Below are positions 35,769-50,200 of a DNA stretch of 64,000 nt, one piece after another. A model generated the notes under the pieces. It ran no database searches and was not told the origin of the DNA. It saw nothing but the letters and a program-made list of their open reading frames with translations. The stretch is from Azolla caroliniana (taxonomy: Eukaryota; Plantae; Polypodiophyta), in assembly GCA_043228905.1 (NCBI GenBank), contig JBHGNT010000022.1:8060001-8124000 (forward strand), in the 5' to 3' direction. Made by a program: the position numbers and the translations under genes. Within the stretch, counting starts at the first letter, position 1. Every line of letters starts with the position of its first letter.

Positions 35769-38700
35769 TGTTGGGATTTCGGTCCCTCCAGATGGGATGT
35801 CCGGAGATGAATGACGGCAATCCCGGTTACGGTTACGGTTACGGTCCCGGCTACGGAGCCGGATGATGAAGACCCCGGCTACGGAGCCGGATGATGAAGA
35901 TCCCGGCTATGGAGCCGGATGATGAAGACCCCGGCTACGGAGCCGGATGATGAATGTACCCGGAGCGAGATCCGGATGCGGGGACATATTTGTGAATATG
36001 TTTGCCAAGGGCCCTTGAGGCTATATTTGTAAATAGCCCGAAAGTCATATGCGTATAAATATGACTTAGGGCAAACAGTTTTATGCTGCTTCTCATTTTT
36101 TCTGTTTTTCCACTCAAGAGGAGTGAAGAGAGAGCAGCCGTGAGAGAGATAGAGCGTGAGAGAGGAAGAGGTCGTCGCCTCTGTGTATTTCCGCCGCCTG
36201 TGGCGAGGACAGCGAGCTCAAGGTCGTCGCCTTGCAGCTCGCCATTGTATATTTCTCTGTGCATAGTTTTGGTTCGGAGTCTTGTACTCCCGTGGTTTTT
36301 CCCGTACAGGGTTTTCCACGTTAAATCGTGTGTCCACTCTATTTCTCGCATTTCCCATTTTCTGCAACAACGATTCGTGTGTTTCCTTGGTTGTGGCCGA
36401 GAGGTGAAGTTTAGAAAGTGTCGATCGATTTTCCATCAATTTGGTATCAGAGCGGGCTGCTGCAGAAAATGGAAGGCGGCGGCAGCGGGCAGCCGGGGAT
36501 GATGGTGCTGAATGCACAGAATTACGCCAACTGGAAGATCAAGATGGAGGATCTTCTAATTGTTCGGGACCTGTACGAACCGATTGACAGGTCGGAAATA
36601 CCGAAGGGGGTACTTGAGTCGGAATGGAGGCTTCTAAACCGGAAAGCCGTTGCAACCATTCGGCAATACGTCGACGTGAGCGTTCTACAACATGTGGCGA
36701 ACGACACCAACGCATATGAGATGTGGCGGAAGCTGTCGGGCCTCTACGAGAGGAAGAATGCGTTGAACCGGACCTCCCTGATGAGGAAGATAGTGAACCT
36801 CAAGTACCGGGACGGCGAGAGTATGGTGGAACACGTAAGCACGTTCATGGGATTCGTGAACCAGCTTGCGGCGATCAAGTTCCCGCTGGAGGATGCAATG
36901 CAAGCCATCATCCTGATGTGTACATTGCCGGAAAGCTGGGAGAACTTGGTGGTGACTCTCAGCACCTCCTGCACGGAAGATAACTTGTCCCTACAAACGG
37001 TAAAGACAAGTATTTTGAACGAAGAAGCGCGTCGGAGAGATAAAGAACCGGCCTCCGACTCGAAGGCGCTGCTTACCGAATCGGAACGGGGAAGACAATG
37101 GAACCGGAGTCCGCAAAGACGGGAGAAGTCGGGGACCCGGTCGCAGTCAAGAGGAAGACCCACATGCTTCCACTGTGGGAAGCCGGGGCACTTCCGGAAG
37201 AATTGTCGGCATTACCGAAAGGATAACGGAGCCGACGACACCGATTCGAAGAGGTCACCGGAGAGAAACGGTGCATACCGGGGAGCCACGGACCGGAGAG
37301 GTCCGGATCGGCGAGGGCAGGACCGGAAAGGAACGACGGCACTCGCGGCAAGTGAGGAAGAAATCATGCTCATCACCGAAGAAGGTGAGCTAAACATGGC
37401 CGGCGATGAGACGACCTGGGTGGTCGATTCCGGAGCGTCGTTCCACCTGACCCCGGAGAAGAAATACTTCTCATCCTACACAGCCGGTGAGCACGGCTGT
37501 GTTCGGATGGGAAATGAAGGTACGTGCCGGATCGCCGGCATAGGAGACGTGTGGTTGACAACACCGACCGGATGCAAAATGCTGCTGAAGGATGTCCGAC
37601 ACGTTCCGGAGGTTCGATTGAACCTGATTTCGGCCGGGAGGCTAGACGATGAAGGCTACACAGGTAGCATCCGGAACGGCGTAATGAAGTTCAGCAAAGG
37701 GAGCCTGATAGTGGCTCGGGCCCGGAAGATCAACACACTGTACCTGATGAATGCCCGGTTATGTCCGGAAGAGCTGAATGTGGCATCCGACACTGCCGGT
37801 GAGTTGTGGCACAAGAGACTGTGCCACATGAGTGAGAAGGGGATGAAGAGGCTTGCAGAAGACAACCTTATTCCAGTGAAGCATGTCCACCTGGAGAAGT
37901 GCACCGATTGCTTGGCCGGTAAGCAGAACCGAACCTCCTTCCACTCAAGGCCACCGACGAGACGTAGCGCACCATTGGAGTTGGTGCACACCGATGTGTG
38001 TCAGGTAGAAACGAAGTCACATGGCGGAGCCCAGTACTTCGTAACATTCATAGATGATCACAGCCGAAGACTGTGGACGGCACCGATGAAGACAAAGGAC
38101 CAAGTGTTGTCCGTCTTCAAAGAACTCCACGCGAGAGTGGAAAGAGAATCCGGCAAGAAGCTGAAAGCGATACAAGCGGATAACGGAGGGGAATACCGGG
38201 GACAGTTCCAGGAGTACTGTCGCTCGAAGGGAATCCGGCTCGAGTTTACTGTGCCGAAGACGCCGGAACTGAACGGGCTGGCCGAGAGGATGAATCGGAC
38301 CATAATGGAGAGGGTCCGGAGTATGCTGGCGCATGCGGAATTACCCAAGGGGTTTTGGGCTGAGGCGATGTCGACAGCGACATACGTGATAAACCGATCA
38401 CCCTCAGTACCTTTGGACGGAGACACACCGCAGAGAGTGTGGACCGGTAGGGAAGTATCTTACCGGCATCTGAAGGTGTTCGGATGTCTCGCATACGTGC
38501 ATGTGGCAAAGGACCGGAGAGGAAAGCTAGATCCAAAGACCCGGCCATGCATATTCCTCGGTTACGGCGACGACGAGTTCGGCTACCGAGTATGGGACCC
38601 GGTCGACAAGAAGATATTCAGGAGTCGAGATATCATCTTCATGGAGAACAAGACACTCGCCGACTGGGAGTCGGAGAAGAAGATGAAGAGCTCCAAGTCG

Positions 38701-41222
38701 ACCGGTGAGGATCAACTCTACGAGGAGCAGTCCCGACCGGCAAGGGACCGGTTAGCACTCGAGGATCCGGCCGAAGACGGTGAAGAAACAGAACCGGCCG
38801 AAGAAGATGAAAATGATACCGGAACCGGCCCCGATCCCGAAATAGATTCGGATGAATAAGAATCGGAAGAACCGGTTACCGAAGCTCCGGAACGGAGATA
38901 TCCTCTAAGAGAGAGAAGGGCCCCCCGGAGATTTCCGGAACCAGGGCACCTGTTACTAACCGACGAGGGGGAGCCGGAGAGCTTTGAAGAAGCAAAACAT
39001 GACACCCAGAGCCGCAGGTGGTTGAGTGCCATGCAGGACGAGATGGATTCCCTGCATGAGAACCACACATATGAACTTGTGGAGTTGCCGAAAGGAAAGC
39101 GGGCACTTCGAAACAAGTGGGTGTTCAAGCTGAAACCGAGAGATGCCGGAAACCCCCCGAGATACAAAGCCAGGATCGTGGTGAAGGGGTTTCAGTAGAA
39201 GAAGGGCGTCGACTTCGACGAGATATTTGCCCCGGTAGTGAAGATGACCTCCATCCGGACGGTGCTGAGCATAGCGGCAAGCATGGACCTCGAGGTAGAA
39301 CAGATGGACGTGAAGACGGCATTCCTTCACGGTGACCTCGAAGAAGAAATCTACATGCAGCAACCGGAAGGATTCGAGAAGAAAGGGAAGGAGCACCTGG
39401 TATGCCGGTTGAAGAAGAGCCTTTACGGACTGAAGCAGGCTCCCCGGCAATGGTACCGGAAGTTCGACTCCTTCATGACCGACGAAGGGTACCTCAAAAC
39501 GCAGTCCGACCACTGCGTGTTTGTGAAGAAGTTCGAAGGAGGAGACTTTCTAATACTCCTCCTGTACGTGGACGACATGTTGATCGTCGGACGGGACCAG
39601 GTCAAGATACGGATGCTGAAGAAGGCTCTTAACCGAACCTTCTCAATGAAGGACTTGGGTCCGGCGAGACAAATACTAGGGATGCACATCATCCGGGACC
39701 GGAGCAAGAAGCAGTTGTGGCTGTCACAGGAGAAGTACGTGACAAAGGTGCTTAAACGGTTCAACATGTCGGAAGCAAGGCCGGTCGGATCAACCCTCCC
39801 GGCAAACTACAGGCTGTCCAACAAGCAAAGTCCCAAGACAAAGGCTGAAAAGGAGGATATGATGAAAGTGTCGTATGCCTCAGCCGTCGGAAGTTTGATG
39901 TACGCAATGGTGTGTACAAGACCGGACATAGGATACGCAGTCGGAGTGGTGAGCCGGTACATGAGCAATCCCGGCAAAGAACACTGGAACGCGGTCAAGT
40001 GGATACTCCGATACCTGAAGGGCACGGCAAACGTGTGCCTCCGATTCGGCTCCGGAAAGCCTGAACTCGACGGCTTTACCGATTCGGATATGTCGGCTGA
40101 TGCAGATACCAGCCGGTCCACATCAGGGTATGTGATGACGTATGCAGGGGGAGCTGTTTCATGGCAGTCGAGGCTGCAGAAGACGGTTGCGTTGTCAACC
40201 ACGGAGGCGGAGTACATGGCGGCTGTTGAAGCCGGCAACGAAATAATATGGATGAAGGACTTTATTAGAGAGCTCGGTATCCGGCAGGAGGAGTACCGAC
40301 TCTACTGCGACAGTCAGAGTGCCATCCACCTTGCGAAGAATGCGGCCTATCACTCCCGGACGAAGCACATCCAGCGAAGATATCACTGGATCCGGGAAAG
40401 GATAGAAGACAAGGAGTTCGTGCTGACGAAGACGCACACGGACGAGAACGGGTCGGATATGCTGACCAAGGTACTCTCACCCGACAAGCTGGAAGCATGC
40501 CGGAAGAGGATCGGATTGGAGAGACATCCCATGCCGAAGTGAAGGGGGAGTTTGTTGGGATTTCGGTCCCTCCGGATGGGATGTCCGGAGATGAATGACG
40601 GCAATCCCGGTTACGGTTACGGTTACGGTCCCGGCTACGGAGCCGGATGATGAAGACCCCGGCTACGGAGCCGGATGATGAAGATCCCGGCTACGGAGCC
40701 GGATGATGAAGACCCCGGCTACGGAGCCGGATGATGAATGTACCCGGAGCGAGATCCGGATGCGGGGACATATTTGTGAATATGTTTGCCAAGGGCCCTT
40801 GAGGCTATATTTGTAAATAGCCCGAAAGTCATATGCGTATAAATATGACTTAGGGCAAACAGTTTTATGCTGCTTCTCATTTTTTCTGTTTTTCCACTCA
40901 AGAGGAGTGAAGAGAGAGCAGTCGTGAGAGAGATAGAGCGTGAGAGAGGAAGAGGTCGTCGCCTCTGTGTATTTCCGCCGCCTGTGGCGAGGACAGCGAG
41001 CTCAAGGTCGTCGCCTTGCAGCTCGCCATTGTATATTTCTCTGTGCATAGTTTTGGTTCGGAGTCTTGTACTCCCGTGGTTTTTCCCGTACAGGGTTTTC
41101 CACGTTAAATCGTGTGTCCACTCTATTTCTCGCATTTCCCATTTTCTGCAACAACGATTCGTGTGTTTCCTTGGTTGTGGCTGAGAGGTGAAGTATAGAA
41201 AGTGTCGATCGATTTTCCATCA
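35769..41222 (+). mobile_element. Ty1/copia D, full length, youngest insertion in the nest; TSD GATCG
   Basis: 670-bp LTRs 35769-36438 and 40553-41222 with about 5 differences by eye. PBS TGGTATCAGAGC 36442-36453; PPT 40541-40550. GATCG at 35764-35768 and 41223-41227. 28-bp tandem repeats in U3. Confidence 0.98.
36469..40542 (+). pseudogene. Copia D gag-pol polyprotein, single frame with two premature stops
   Basis: MEGGGSG... gag, CCHC, DSGAS, integrase, RT (YVDDML), RNase H (TDSD, CDSQSAI). TAA 38857-38859 and TAG 39196-39198. Confidence 0.95.
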
Positions 41223-44200
41223 GATCGGCATAATGTTTCAAAACAAAAATGTTGTTAACCAGGTTTCGGTATTCCGGAAGCTACTAAGGCTTCGGTACCA
41301 AGATGGCTCCAGCATGGCGGAGCATATGAATGCCTTCAAGGGGCTGATACACCAGGCAACTTCATTAGAAGTACCTCTTGCCGATGAGGTACTTGCGCTA
41401 CTCCTGCTCGGTTCCCTCCCGGATAGCTGGGAGACGTTAGTTGTCACTTTGGGCAACGCCGGGCCGGAAGGAAAACGGTTATCCCTAGCAAGAGTAAAGT
41501 CGATCTTGCTAGATGAGGAGGCCCATCGGAAAGACAAAGATACGAGCTCCGACTCCAAAGCGCTTCTTACCGAATCGGAACGTGGAAGACATAGAAACCG
41601 TAGTCCCCAGAACCGGGAGAAGTCGGGGACACGGTCAAAGTCAAGGAGAAGGCCTACTTGCTTCTATTGCGGCAAACCGGGGCACTTCCAGAAGAACTGT
41701 CGGCATTTCCGGTACCGATTTGAAGTGGACACCGGACCGGAACGGTAAAGACCGGAGGGGGCTGGACTGGAAGGGAACGACGGCAATCGCGGCAAGTGAA
41801 GAGGAGTTCATGCTCATCACGGAGGAGAGTGAGATAAACCTTGCCGGCGACGAGATGATCTGGGTGGTAGACTCCGGAGCGTCGTTCCACCTTACCCCGG
41901 ACCGGAAATGCTTCTCATCGTACTCAGTCGGTGATCATGGCTGTGTCCGGATGGGGAATGAAGGAACATGCCGAATTGTCGGCGTAGGAGACGTGTGGCT
42001 GACAACACCAACCGGATGCAAGTTGCTGCTGAAGGATGTCCGACACGTTCCGGAAGTTTGTCTGAACCTAATATCAGCCGGTCGGCTAGATGATGAAGGC
42101 TACATGGGTAGCATCCGGAACGGTGTCATGAAGTTCAGCAAAGGGAGCCTAATTGTGGCTCGGGCCCGGAAGGTCAACACATTGTACCTGATAAATGCCC
42201 GGTTATGTCCGGAAGAAGTGAACGTGGCATCCGACATTGCCGGTGAGTTGTGGCACAAGAGATTGTGTCATATGAGCGAGAAGGGGATGAAGAGGCTTGC
42301 AGACGACAACCTCATTCCAGTGAAGAACGTGCACTTGGAGAAGTGCACTGATTGTCTGGCCGGTAAACAAAACTGGACCTCCTTCCGACCAAGGCCACCG
42401 ATGAGACGTAATGCACCACTACAGTTGGTGCATACGGATGTGTGTCAAGTAGACACGAAGTCACATGCCGGAGCGCAGTACTTCGTGACTTTCATAGATG
42501 ACCACAGCCGGAAGCTGTGGGCCACACCACTGAAGACGAAGGATCAGGTGCTATCCGTCTTCAAAGAGCTCGACGCGAGAGTGGAAAGAGAAACCGGTCG
42601 GAAGCTGAAGGCGGTTCGAGCAGATAACGGAGGAGAATACCGGGGGTAGTTCGAAGAGTACTGCCGCTCGAAGGGAATCCGGCTCGAATTTACCGTGCCG
42701 AAGATGCCGTAACTAAACGGACTGGCCGAGAGGATGAACCGGACCATAATTGAGAGGGTCCGGAGTATGCTAGCGCATGCAAAACTACCCAAGAAGTTTT
42801 GGGCTGAGGCACTGTCGACGGCGACATATGTGATTAATAGATCACCCTCAGTACCCTTGGACGGAGACACGCCACAGAGAGTGTGGACCGGTAAGGAAGT
42901 ATCCTACCGACATCTGAAGGTGTTCGGGTGTCTCGCGTACGTGCATGTAGCTAAGGACCGGAGAGGAAAGTTACATCCAAGGACCCGGCCATGCATATTC
43001 CTTGGTTACGGTGACGATGAGTTCGACTACCGAGTGTGGAACCCGGTCGACAAAAAGGTATTCCGGAGTCGAGATATTATCTTCCTGGAGGACAAGACGC
43101 TCGCTGACTGGGAGTCGGAGAAGAAGATAATGAACTCCGAGTCGGCCGGTAAGGATCGACTCTACCATGAGCAGACACAACCGGCGAGAGACCGGTTAGC
43201 ACTCGAGGAACCAGCCGGTTACGGTGAGGATACCGAACCGGCAGAAGAAGAAGTAGAGGAAGCTGAGACCGGAACAGGCCTAGACCCCGAATCGGATTCG
43301 GATGAAGTTGTAGATATCCTCTCAGAGAGAGAAGGGCCCCCCTGAGATTTCCGGATGCAGAGCATGTGCTGCTGACCGATGAGGGGGAGCCGGAAAGCTT
43401 CGAAGAAGTGAAGGAAGACACCCATAGCCAAAAATGGTTAAGTGCCATGCAGGACGAGATGGATTCCCTGCATGAGAACCATACGTACGAATTGGTGGAG
43501 TTGCCGAAAGGAAAGCGGGCACTTTGAAACAAGTGGGTGTACAAGTTGAAACCGGGAGATGCCGGAAACCCCCCGAGATACAAAGCCAGGATCGTGGTGA
43601 AGGGGTTCCAGTAGAAGAAGGGCGTGGACTTCGACAAGATATTTGCCCCAGTAGTAAAGATGACCTCCATCCAGACGGTGCTGAGTATAGCGGCAAGCAT
43701 GGACCTTAAGGTAGAGCAGCTGGACGTGAAGACGGCATTCCTTCACGGCGACCTTGAAGAGGAGATCTACATGCAGTAACCGGAAGGATTTGTGGAGAAC
43801 GGGAAGGAGCACCTGGTATGCCGGCTGAAGAAGAGCTTGTACGGACTAAAGCAGGCTCCCCGACAATGGTACCGGAAGTTCGATTCCTTCATGACCGATC
43901 AAGGGTACCACAAGACGCAGGCCGATCACTGCATGTTTGTGAAGAAGTTCGAAGGAGGCGACTTCTTGATACTCCTCTTGTACGTGGATGACATGTTGAT
44001 CGTCGGACGTGACCAAGTCAAAATATGGATGCTGAAGAAGGCTCTCAACCGGACCTTCTCAATGAAAGACTTGGGTCCGGCAAGACAGATGCTGGGGATG
44101 CACATCATTCGGGACCGGTCAAAGAAGCAATTATGGTTGTCACAGGAGAAGTACGTGACAAAGGTGCTTCACCGGTTCAACATGTCAGAAGCAAAACCGG

Positions 44201-47200
44201 TCGGATCGACACTTCCGGCAAACTGCAGGCTATCCGGTAAGCAAAGCCCGAAGACGAAAGCAGAGAAGCCGGATATGATGAAGATTCCATATGCCTCTGC
44301 CGTCGGGAGCTTGATGTACGCAATGGTGTGTACCCGACCGGATATAGGATACGCAGTCGGAGTGGTGAGCCGGTTCATGAGTAATCCCGGCAAGGAGCAC
44401 TGGAACACGGTCAAATGGATACTCCGGTATTTGAAGGGCACTTCAAATATGTGTCTCCGATTCGGCTCCGGAAAACCTCAACTGGACGGTTTCACCGATT
44501 CGGACATGTCGGATGATGTGGATACCAACCGGTCAACATCCGGGTATGTAATGACATATGCAGGGGGAGCTGTTTCGTGGCAGTCGAGGCTACAGAAGAT
44601 GGTTGCATTGTCAACCACGGAGGCGGAGTACATGGCGGTTGTGGAAGCCGGCAAGGAAATATTATGGATGAAGGACTTCATCGGAGAGCTCGGTATCCGA
44701 CAAGAGGAATACTGACTCTATTGCGACAGTCAAAGTGCCATCCACCTTGGTAAGAATGCGGCCTACCATTCTCGGACGAAGCATATCCAGCGAAGATATC
44801 ACTGGATCCGGGAAAGAGTAGATGACCAGGAGTTCGCGCTGACAATGATCCACACGGCCGAGAACGGGTCAGATATGCTGACCAAAGTGTTGACACCCGA
44901 CAAGCTGAACGCATGCCGGGAGAAGATCGGGTTGGTAAGACACCCCATGCCGGAGTGAAGGGGGAGTTTGTTGGGAAACAGGTCCCTCCGGATGGGAAAC
45001 CGTATGAGGTGGACCCGGCCACGGAGAGCCGGATGATGCAGATCCGGTGAAGATTGGATGAGGAGTACCCGTCTACGGAGAGCCGGATGGTACAGACCCG
45101 GTATGAACCGGATGAGGAGTACCCGGCCACGGAGAGCCGGATGATGCAAACCCGGAGAAGACCGGATGAGGAGTACCCGGCTATGGAGAGCCGGATGATG
45201 CAGACCCGGTGAAGACCGGATGAGGAGTACCCGGCTACGGAGAACCGGATGAAGAGACATATTCGTAAATATGTTTTCTGATAGTGCATCGAGGCTATAT
45301 TTGTAAATAGCCGAAAAGTCATATTAGTATAAATATGACTTAGGGAAAACTTTTAGTAACTGTTGTTACTGTTGTTGTAGTTGTTGTCATTCTGGTTGGT
45401 GCAAGAATAGAGAGTGTGTGTAACTGTACAGAGAGAGAGAGAGAGAGAAAGAGGTCGTTGCCTCTATTGTAACCACCACCTATGGCGAAGATCTGTGAGC
45501 ACGAGGTCGGTGCCTCCGTGAACTCACTGTTGTACATTTTTACATAGTGACAGTTTGTAGCCTGTGGGCTGCCGTGGTTTTTCCCCTAGTTTGGGGTTTT
45601 CCACGTAAACCTCCTGTGTATTCTCTCCTTCTTTGTGTCGCGTTTTATTTCCCGTTTTCTGTGTATCATTCTAAGCTCGGTTGTGGCCGAGTGTTGCGCA
45701 TAAGGAACGTTGGGTTCCCGTCAGATCACAATGGATAAATGCAAGGCCGTCGCAATCACTGATTGGCCTCTCCCGACTCGGCTGAAAGAGGTACAATCGT
45801 TTCTTCGTTTTGGAAATTTTTGTAGATAATTTATAGATGGGTTCTCATCCCTAGTCCAACCTCTCATCCAACTTACCTGGAAAGATACTCCATTTCTTTG
45901 GACCCCTGCAACACATAATGCTTTTAATGCCCTCAAAGCAGCTTTTCTCTCCGCCCCCCTGTTAGTCCACCCGGACCCCACCCGCCCTTTCCAGGTTGAA
46001 ACCGACACCTCCGACTTTGCCATAGGTGTGGTCTTGTCCCAACCTGATGACAATGGCACCCTACATCCGGTCGCCTTCTACTCTCGGAAGTTTACAGCCC
46101 CGGAAATCAATTATCCGTTTTACAACAAGGAGCTCGCAGCTACCATCTCGGCCTTCACTGAATGGCGACCCTATTTGGCTGGGGCGCAACATCGTATTCA
46201 GGTGGTGACCGACCACAAGAATCTCATCTACTTCACCACCACTTGTACGTTGAATCGGAGGCAAGCTCGTTGGTCATCTTTTCTTGCTGATTACGACTTC
46301 GAAATCTTGTTCCGACTCGGCGTTCAACATGGGAAAGCGGATGCTCTCTCTCGGCGACCCGATTTTGCATTGCGCCCAAGCGATGACGCTTATTCTCAAC
46401 AATCACCTTGTTTATTGCGGCCCGATCAACTCCACGTGTTTGCAACCTATTTGTTGCATGATAATTCCTTACTCAACGAGATTGCCCAAGCAACCACGTC
46501 GAACCCTTTCGCTATTGACATCATGGCGCGCCTCAACAACCCATCCCAGGAACGGCAAAGCTCGGATCTCAGTCACTTTACAACTCACGATGGGCTACTG
46601 TATCATAATCACCTCCTTTACGTACCAGATGGCCCATGTCGCCTCTGAGTTCTACAAATTTGCCATGATGATCCTCTCGTCGGACACTTTGGGGTCGCCA
46701 AAACATTGGCATTGCTTTCTTGAGGGTTTTTGTGACCTCAACCTTGGAAATTGGTCAAAGAATTTATCAAAACTTGTGACGTCTATGCTCGCTCCAAAGC
46801 GGCTCACCATCGTCCATATGGCCTTCTACACCCACTTCCAATCCCCAGTCGACCTTGGGCATCTCTCTCCATGGACTTTATCACCAACCTTCCTCGAGTC
46901 GGTGACCATGACACGGTGCTAGTGGTCGTCGATTGGTTTTCGAAGATGGCTAACTTTGTCCCATGTTCGAATACCATTTCGGGGGAGGAGAAAACTGCCC
47001 TTTTTCTGAAAAATGCCGTCCGCTTACACGGTTTCCTTGAGGATGTCACTTCTGATCAAGGTCCTCAATTTATCTCCCACTTTTGACGCCGACTACTACA
47101 GACATTCGGGACTTCAGTGAACTTGTCAACCGCGCACCATCCTCAAACTGATGGCCAAACCGAAAGAGACAACCAAATCCTCGAACAATACCTCCATTGT

Positions 47201-50200
47201 TCAGTTAGCTACCAACAAGACGATTGGGTGGACCTCCTTGCCATGGCGGAATTTTCCTACAATAACAGTATCCATGCCTCAACAAAAGTTTCCCCATTCT
47301 TTGCAAATTACAGTTTCCACCCTTGTTTCAACATTTCCATTCCAGAGATATCCATCAATCCGTCGGCCAAGAAGCGTGCCCACACCTTACAAGATGTCCA
47401 CCGTGACCTTTCCCTCGATCTCCGTGCCATTGGCAAACAATAGAAAGCTCACGTTGACCGACATCGCTTCGTAGTCGGTGACATGGTTTGGTTGCTACGT
47501 CGGCATATCGCAACCACCCGTCCCTACGTGAAGCTCGACTACAAAAAGCAAGGCCCCTTCCGTATCCTCGAGCGCATTAACCCAATCGCCTTCCGGTTAG
47601 CGCTTCCCCCCACATTTCGGCTTCACAATGTTTTCCACGTCTCTCTCCTCAAACTCTATCATCCTTCTCTCATTCCGGGACGCCAACCTCCTCCTCCGCC
47701 GCCCGTGGAATTATCGACAAGTGAGGAGTATGAGGTTGACCGGATCTTCGACTCTCGCTTGCGTCGACGACGACTTCAATACTTGGTCATATGGAAAGGT
47801 TACCCGCTTTTGGATGCCACATGGGAACCAATTACACACTTACAAAATGCACCGGAGGCAATTCGCACTTTTCACCAACGATACCCTCATAAACCGGCCG
47901 CAGGTGTTATCTAGCTTGCACGCATTCTCATTCTCTAGCTTGCATGCATCCTCATGCGTACTCTATTGCATGCATCCTCATGCACTCTATTTCTAGTTGG
48001 CTAACATAGCCGTACCCTCTTGTATAAATACTCATGTGCACCTTGATTCTAATCAAGGTGTACAGCACAAGTTACGGATTCTATAAGTTGAGTTCTTGTT
48101 CTTTTCCTCGCTCTTGTTCTCCACTCTTATCTTCGTTCTACTCTATTATACTTGTCCGTGACATCGAGCTACACTACAAGTCCAAAATAAATGTTTTAAA
48201 GTTTCGTCCTGTACTTGGCACCATACACAATGACGATCATCGACTTGCCCTTTTAAATGAGAACCTACATGCAACGCATAATGAATCATTAACCACTTAA
48301 AAGAAATTGCTCTCTGCATACATGGTAAAGCCCATAAACTTTTCCAAAATGCCGCCATATATTGATGTGATATAGCACCTAACTCCCAATACTTTTGTGC
48401 ATCAAGATTTACGCAATGTCATTGCATCAAAAAATGTCTCCCATATGCCGCAAAGTATTGGAAAATGGGGAAAATCCTACTCACATGTTCATTTGTCGAG
48501 GAACAGCCAACCATCCGCCATGCATAATCAGTTGGGTCCCACTTAAGATGTGCCACTGGCTTACTTTGGAATACAAATATTTGTATTGCATGATCTGCCA
48601 AAAGAGGGCTTGGATCTAAGAAAATCTTCTTGTTTAACCGAGCAATAACGCTAATGGGTTTTTCGGAGGCTAGCTGCATAATTTCAACTTCTTCATCCAC
48701 TAAATATAAAAGACCATCATTGGGAACCTCATAAAAGCTTATTTGACCCTGATTAGCATAAGCTCGAGCACCTATTAAAACACCCAAAGAAGAGAAAATC
48801 CCATACCATGCATAAGTATTAGCCAAATTAAGTTGCCTTTGACTATTTTGAAAAGCTTGCTGAATCTGCTCAAACATCAAACAACCTCCACACAAGGAAG
48901 ATAAGAATTGTTTTTTTTCCTCCTTCGAGAGCTTTTAAAACCATCCTGAGTCCTTTTTTCCCCACGATAAACGCGGTCTAATTCCTAAAACACAACTAGA
49001 GCTATCAGTAAACAAAGGATTCCATAACAACGGTTGCCTTAAAATTTGGGCTTCTGTCGTTGGAAGTTGAAATAGGACAGCCTCTCTAATGTCCTTCCAT
49101 GCCCTCAAATTACCTGTAAAGAATCTCATAGAACCAACATTATGAGCCTTAATTGGAAATTCAAAGTTAAACATCCATCAAAAACTATCTTGCCACTGTC
49201 CTCCTATTGTAGATTTAATGTTATGAAGAGATAACAACCATAACTTTTTCCACAACTCATTCCAAGGAATAAATCCTCTCACAACATGCTTTGCAAGAAG
49301 GGCCTTACTCTAGAGCAAAGGATCTATTAAGCCAAGCCCACCTTCACGTATTGGTTGGATTAAAATTGACCAAGCAACTTTTGCAACAACCCTTGATCCC
49401 AAAGGAGCACCCCAAATAAAATTATGAACTAAACGTTGTAGTTTCAATATAATAGACCATGAAAATAGCCATGTTAATGCAACATACCACATCGATGCAA
49501 GCAAAACTGAGTTTGCCATAACCACCCTTCCTTTTAGAGACAACTTAGTAGTATCCCAATACAACAATTTATTTCTAACTCGTAATAAAAGGGGTGTTAC
49601 CATCTCTTCTATTGACAATTCTATCCCCACTTAACATCCCAAATACCTTACAGTTGTACCTTGAGGTACCCAATAAAGCCTGGAGATGGCACATCTTGTG
49701 GGGGAGAAGATGACACAACCCAAAATCCCATGGATGACAAAAATCCTGAAGCATCACAAATATCGGATAACACTTTTTGAAGATTCAACAAGTTCCCGCA
49801 TTTGTAGAAACATATAAAGTGGTGTCATCAGCAAATTCTAAATCAATAGCGGAGGTTGTGTATCCTTGTATAGGTAAGGCAATACCACGAATATCGACAT
49901 TACTACTCCTAAGAAAATCAGAAATGGCTTCAGAAACTAAAATAAATAGAAAGAGAGCAAGCGGACACCCTTGTCTTACTCACTGCGAAAGTGAAAATGT
50001 ACCACCAACATCACCTGCAAACAAAAGAGAACTATGAGCAGTTCTATACAATGTAGCCACTGCCCTAATTCATTGCACTAGAAAGCCCATACGCAATAAT
50101 GTCCGTTCCATAAAATCCCAATCCACTCTATCATAAGCCTTCTCAAAATCTAAAAATAGAATAGCTAGATCCTGTTGTTGTCGCTCTCCAGTAGCTACCA

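Larger units (their letters stand above)
34766..45723 (+). mobile_element. Ty1/copia copy C, near full length and defective; TSD GATCA; contains copia D
   Basis: GATCA at 34761-34765 and 45724-45728. 5' LTR 34766 to about 35549, fused to gag with the PBS deleted. PPT gaagggggag. 3' LTR 44969-45723. gag is split at 35768/41223. RT LLLYVDDML; many stops and frameshifts. Confidence 0.96.
31976..48163 (+). mobile_element. Ty3/gypsy chromovirus G (Tcn1/Tf1-like); TSD TCGAC/TCGAG
   Basis: 5' LTR 31976-32429 (tgtca...tgaca); partial 3' LTR about 47911-48163. gag 32458-33468 ([13 protein letters not shown]). pol is in the -1 frame with G GAA AAC at 33468-33474. RT is interrupted at 34765 and resumes at 45724. 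RNase H, integrase and chromodomain (EEYEVDRIFDSR..YLVIWKGY) follow. Confidence 0.93.
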
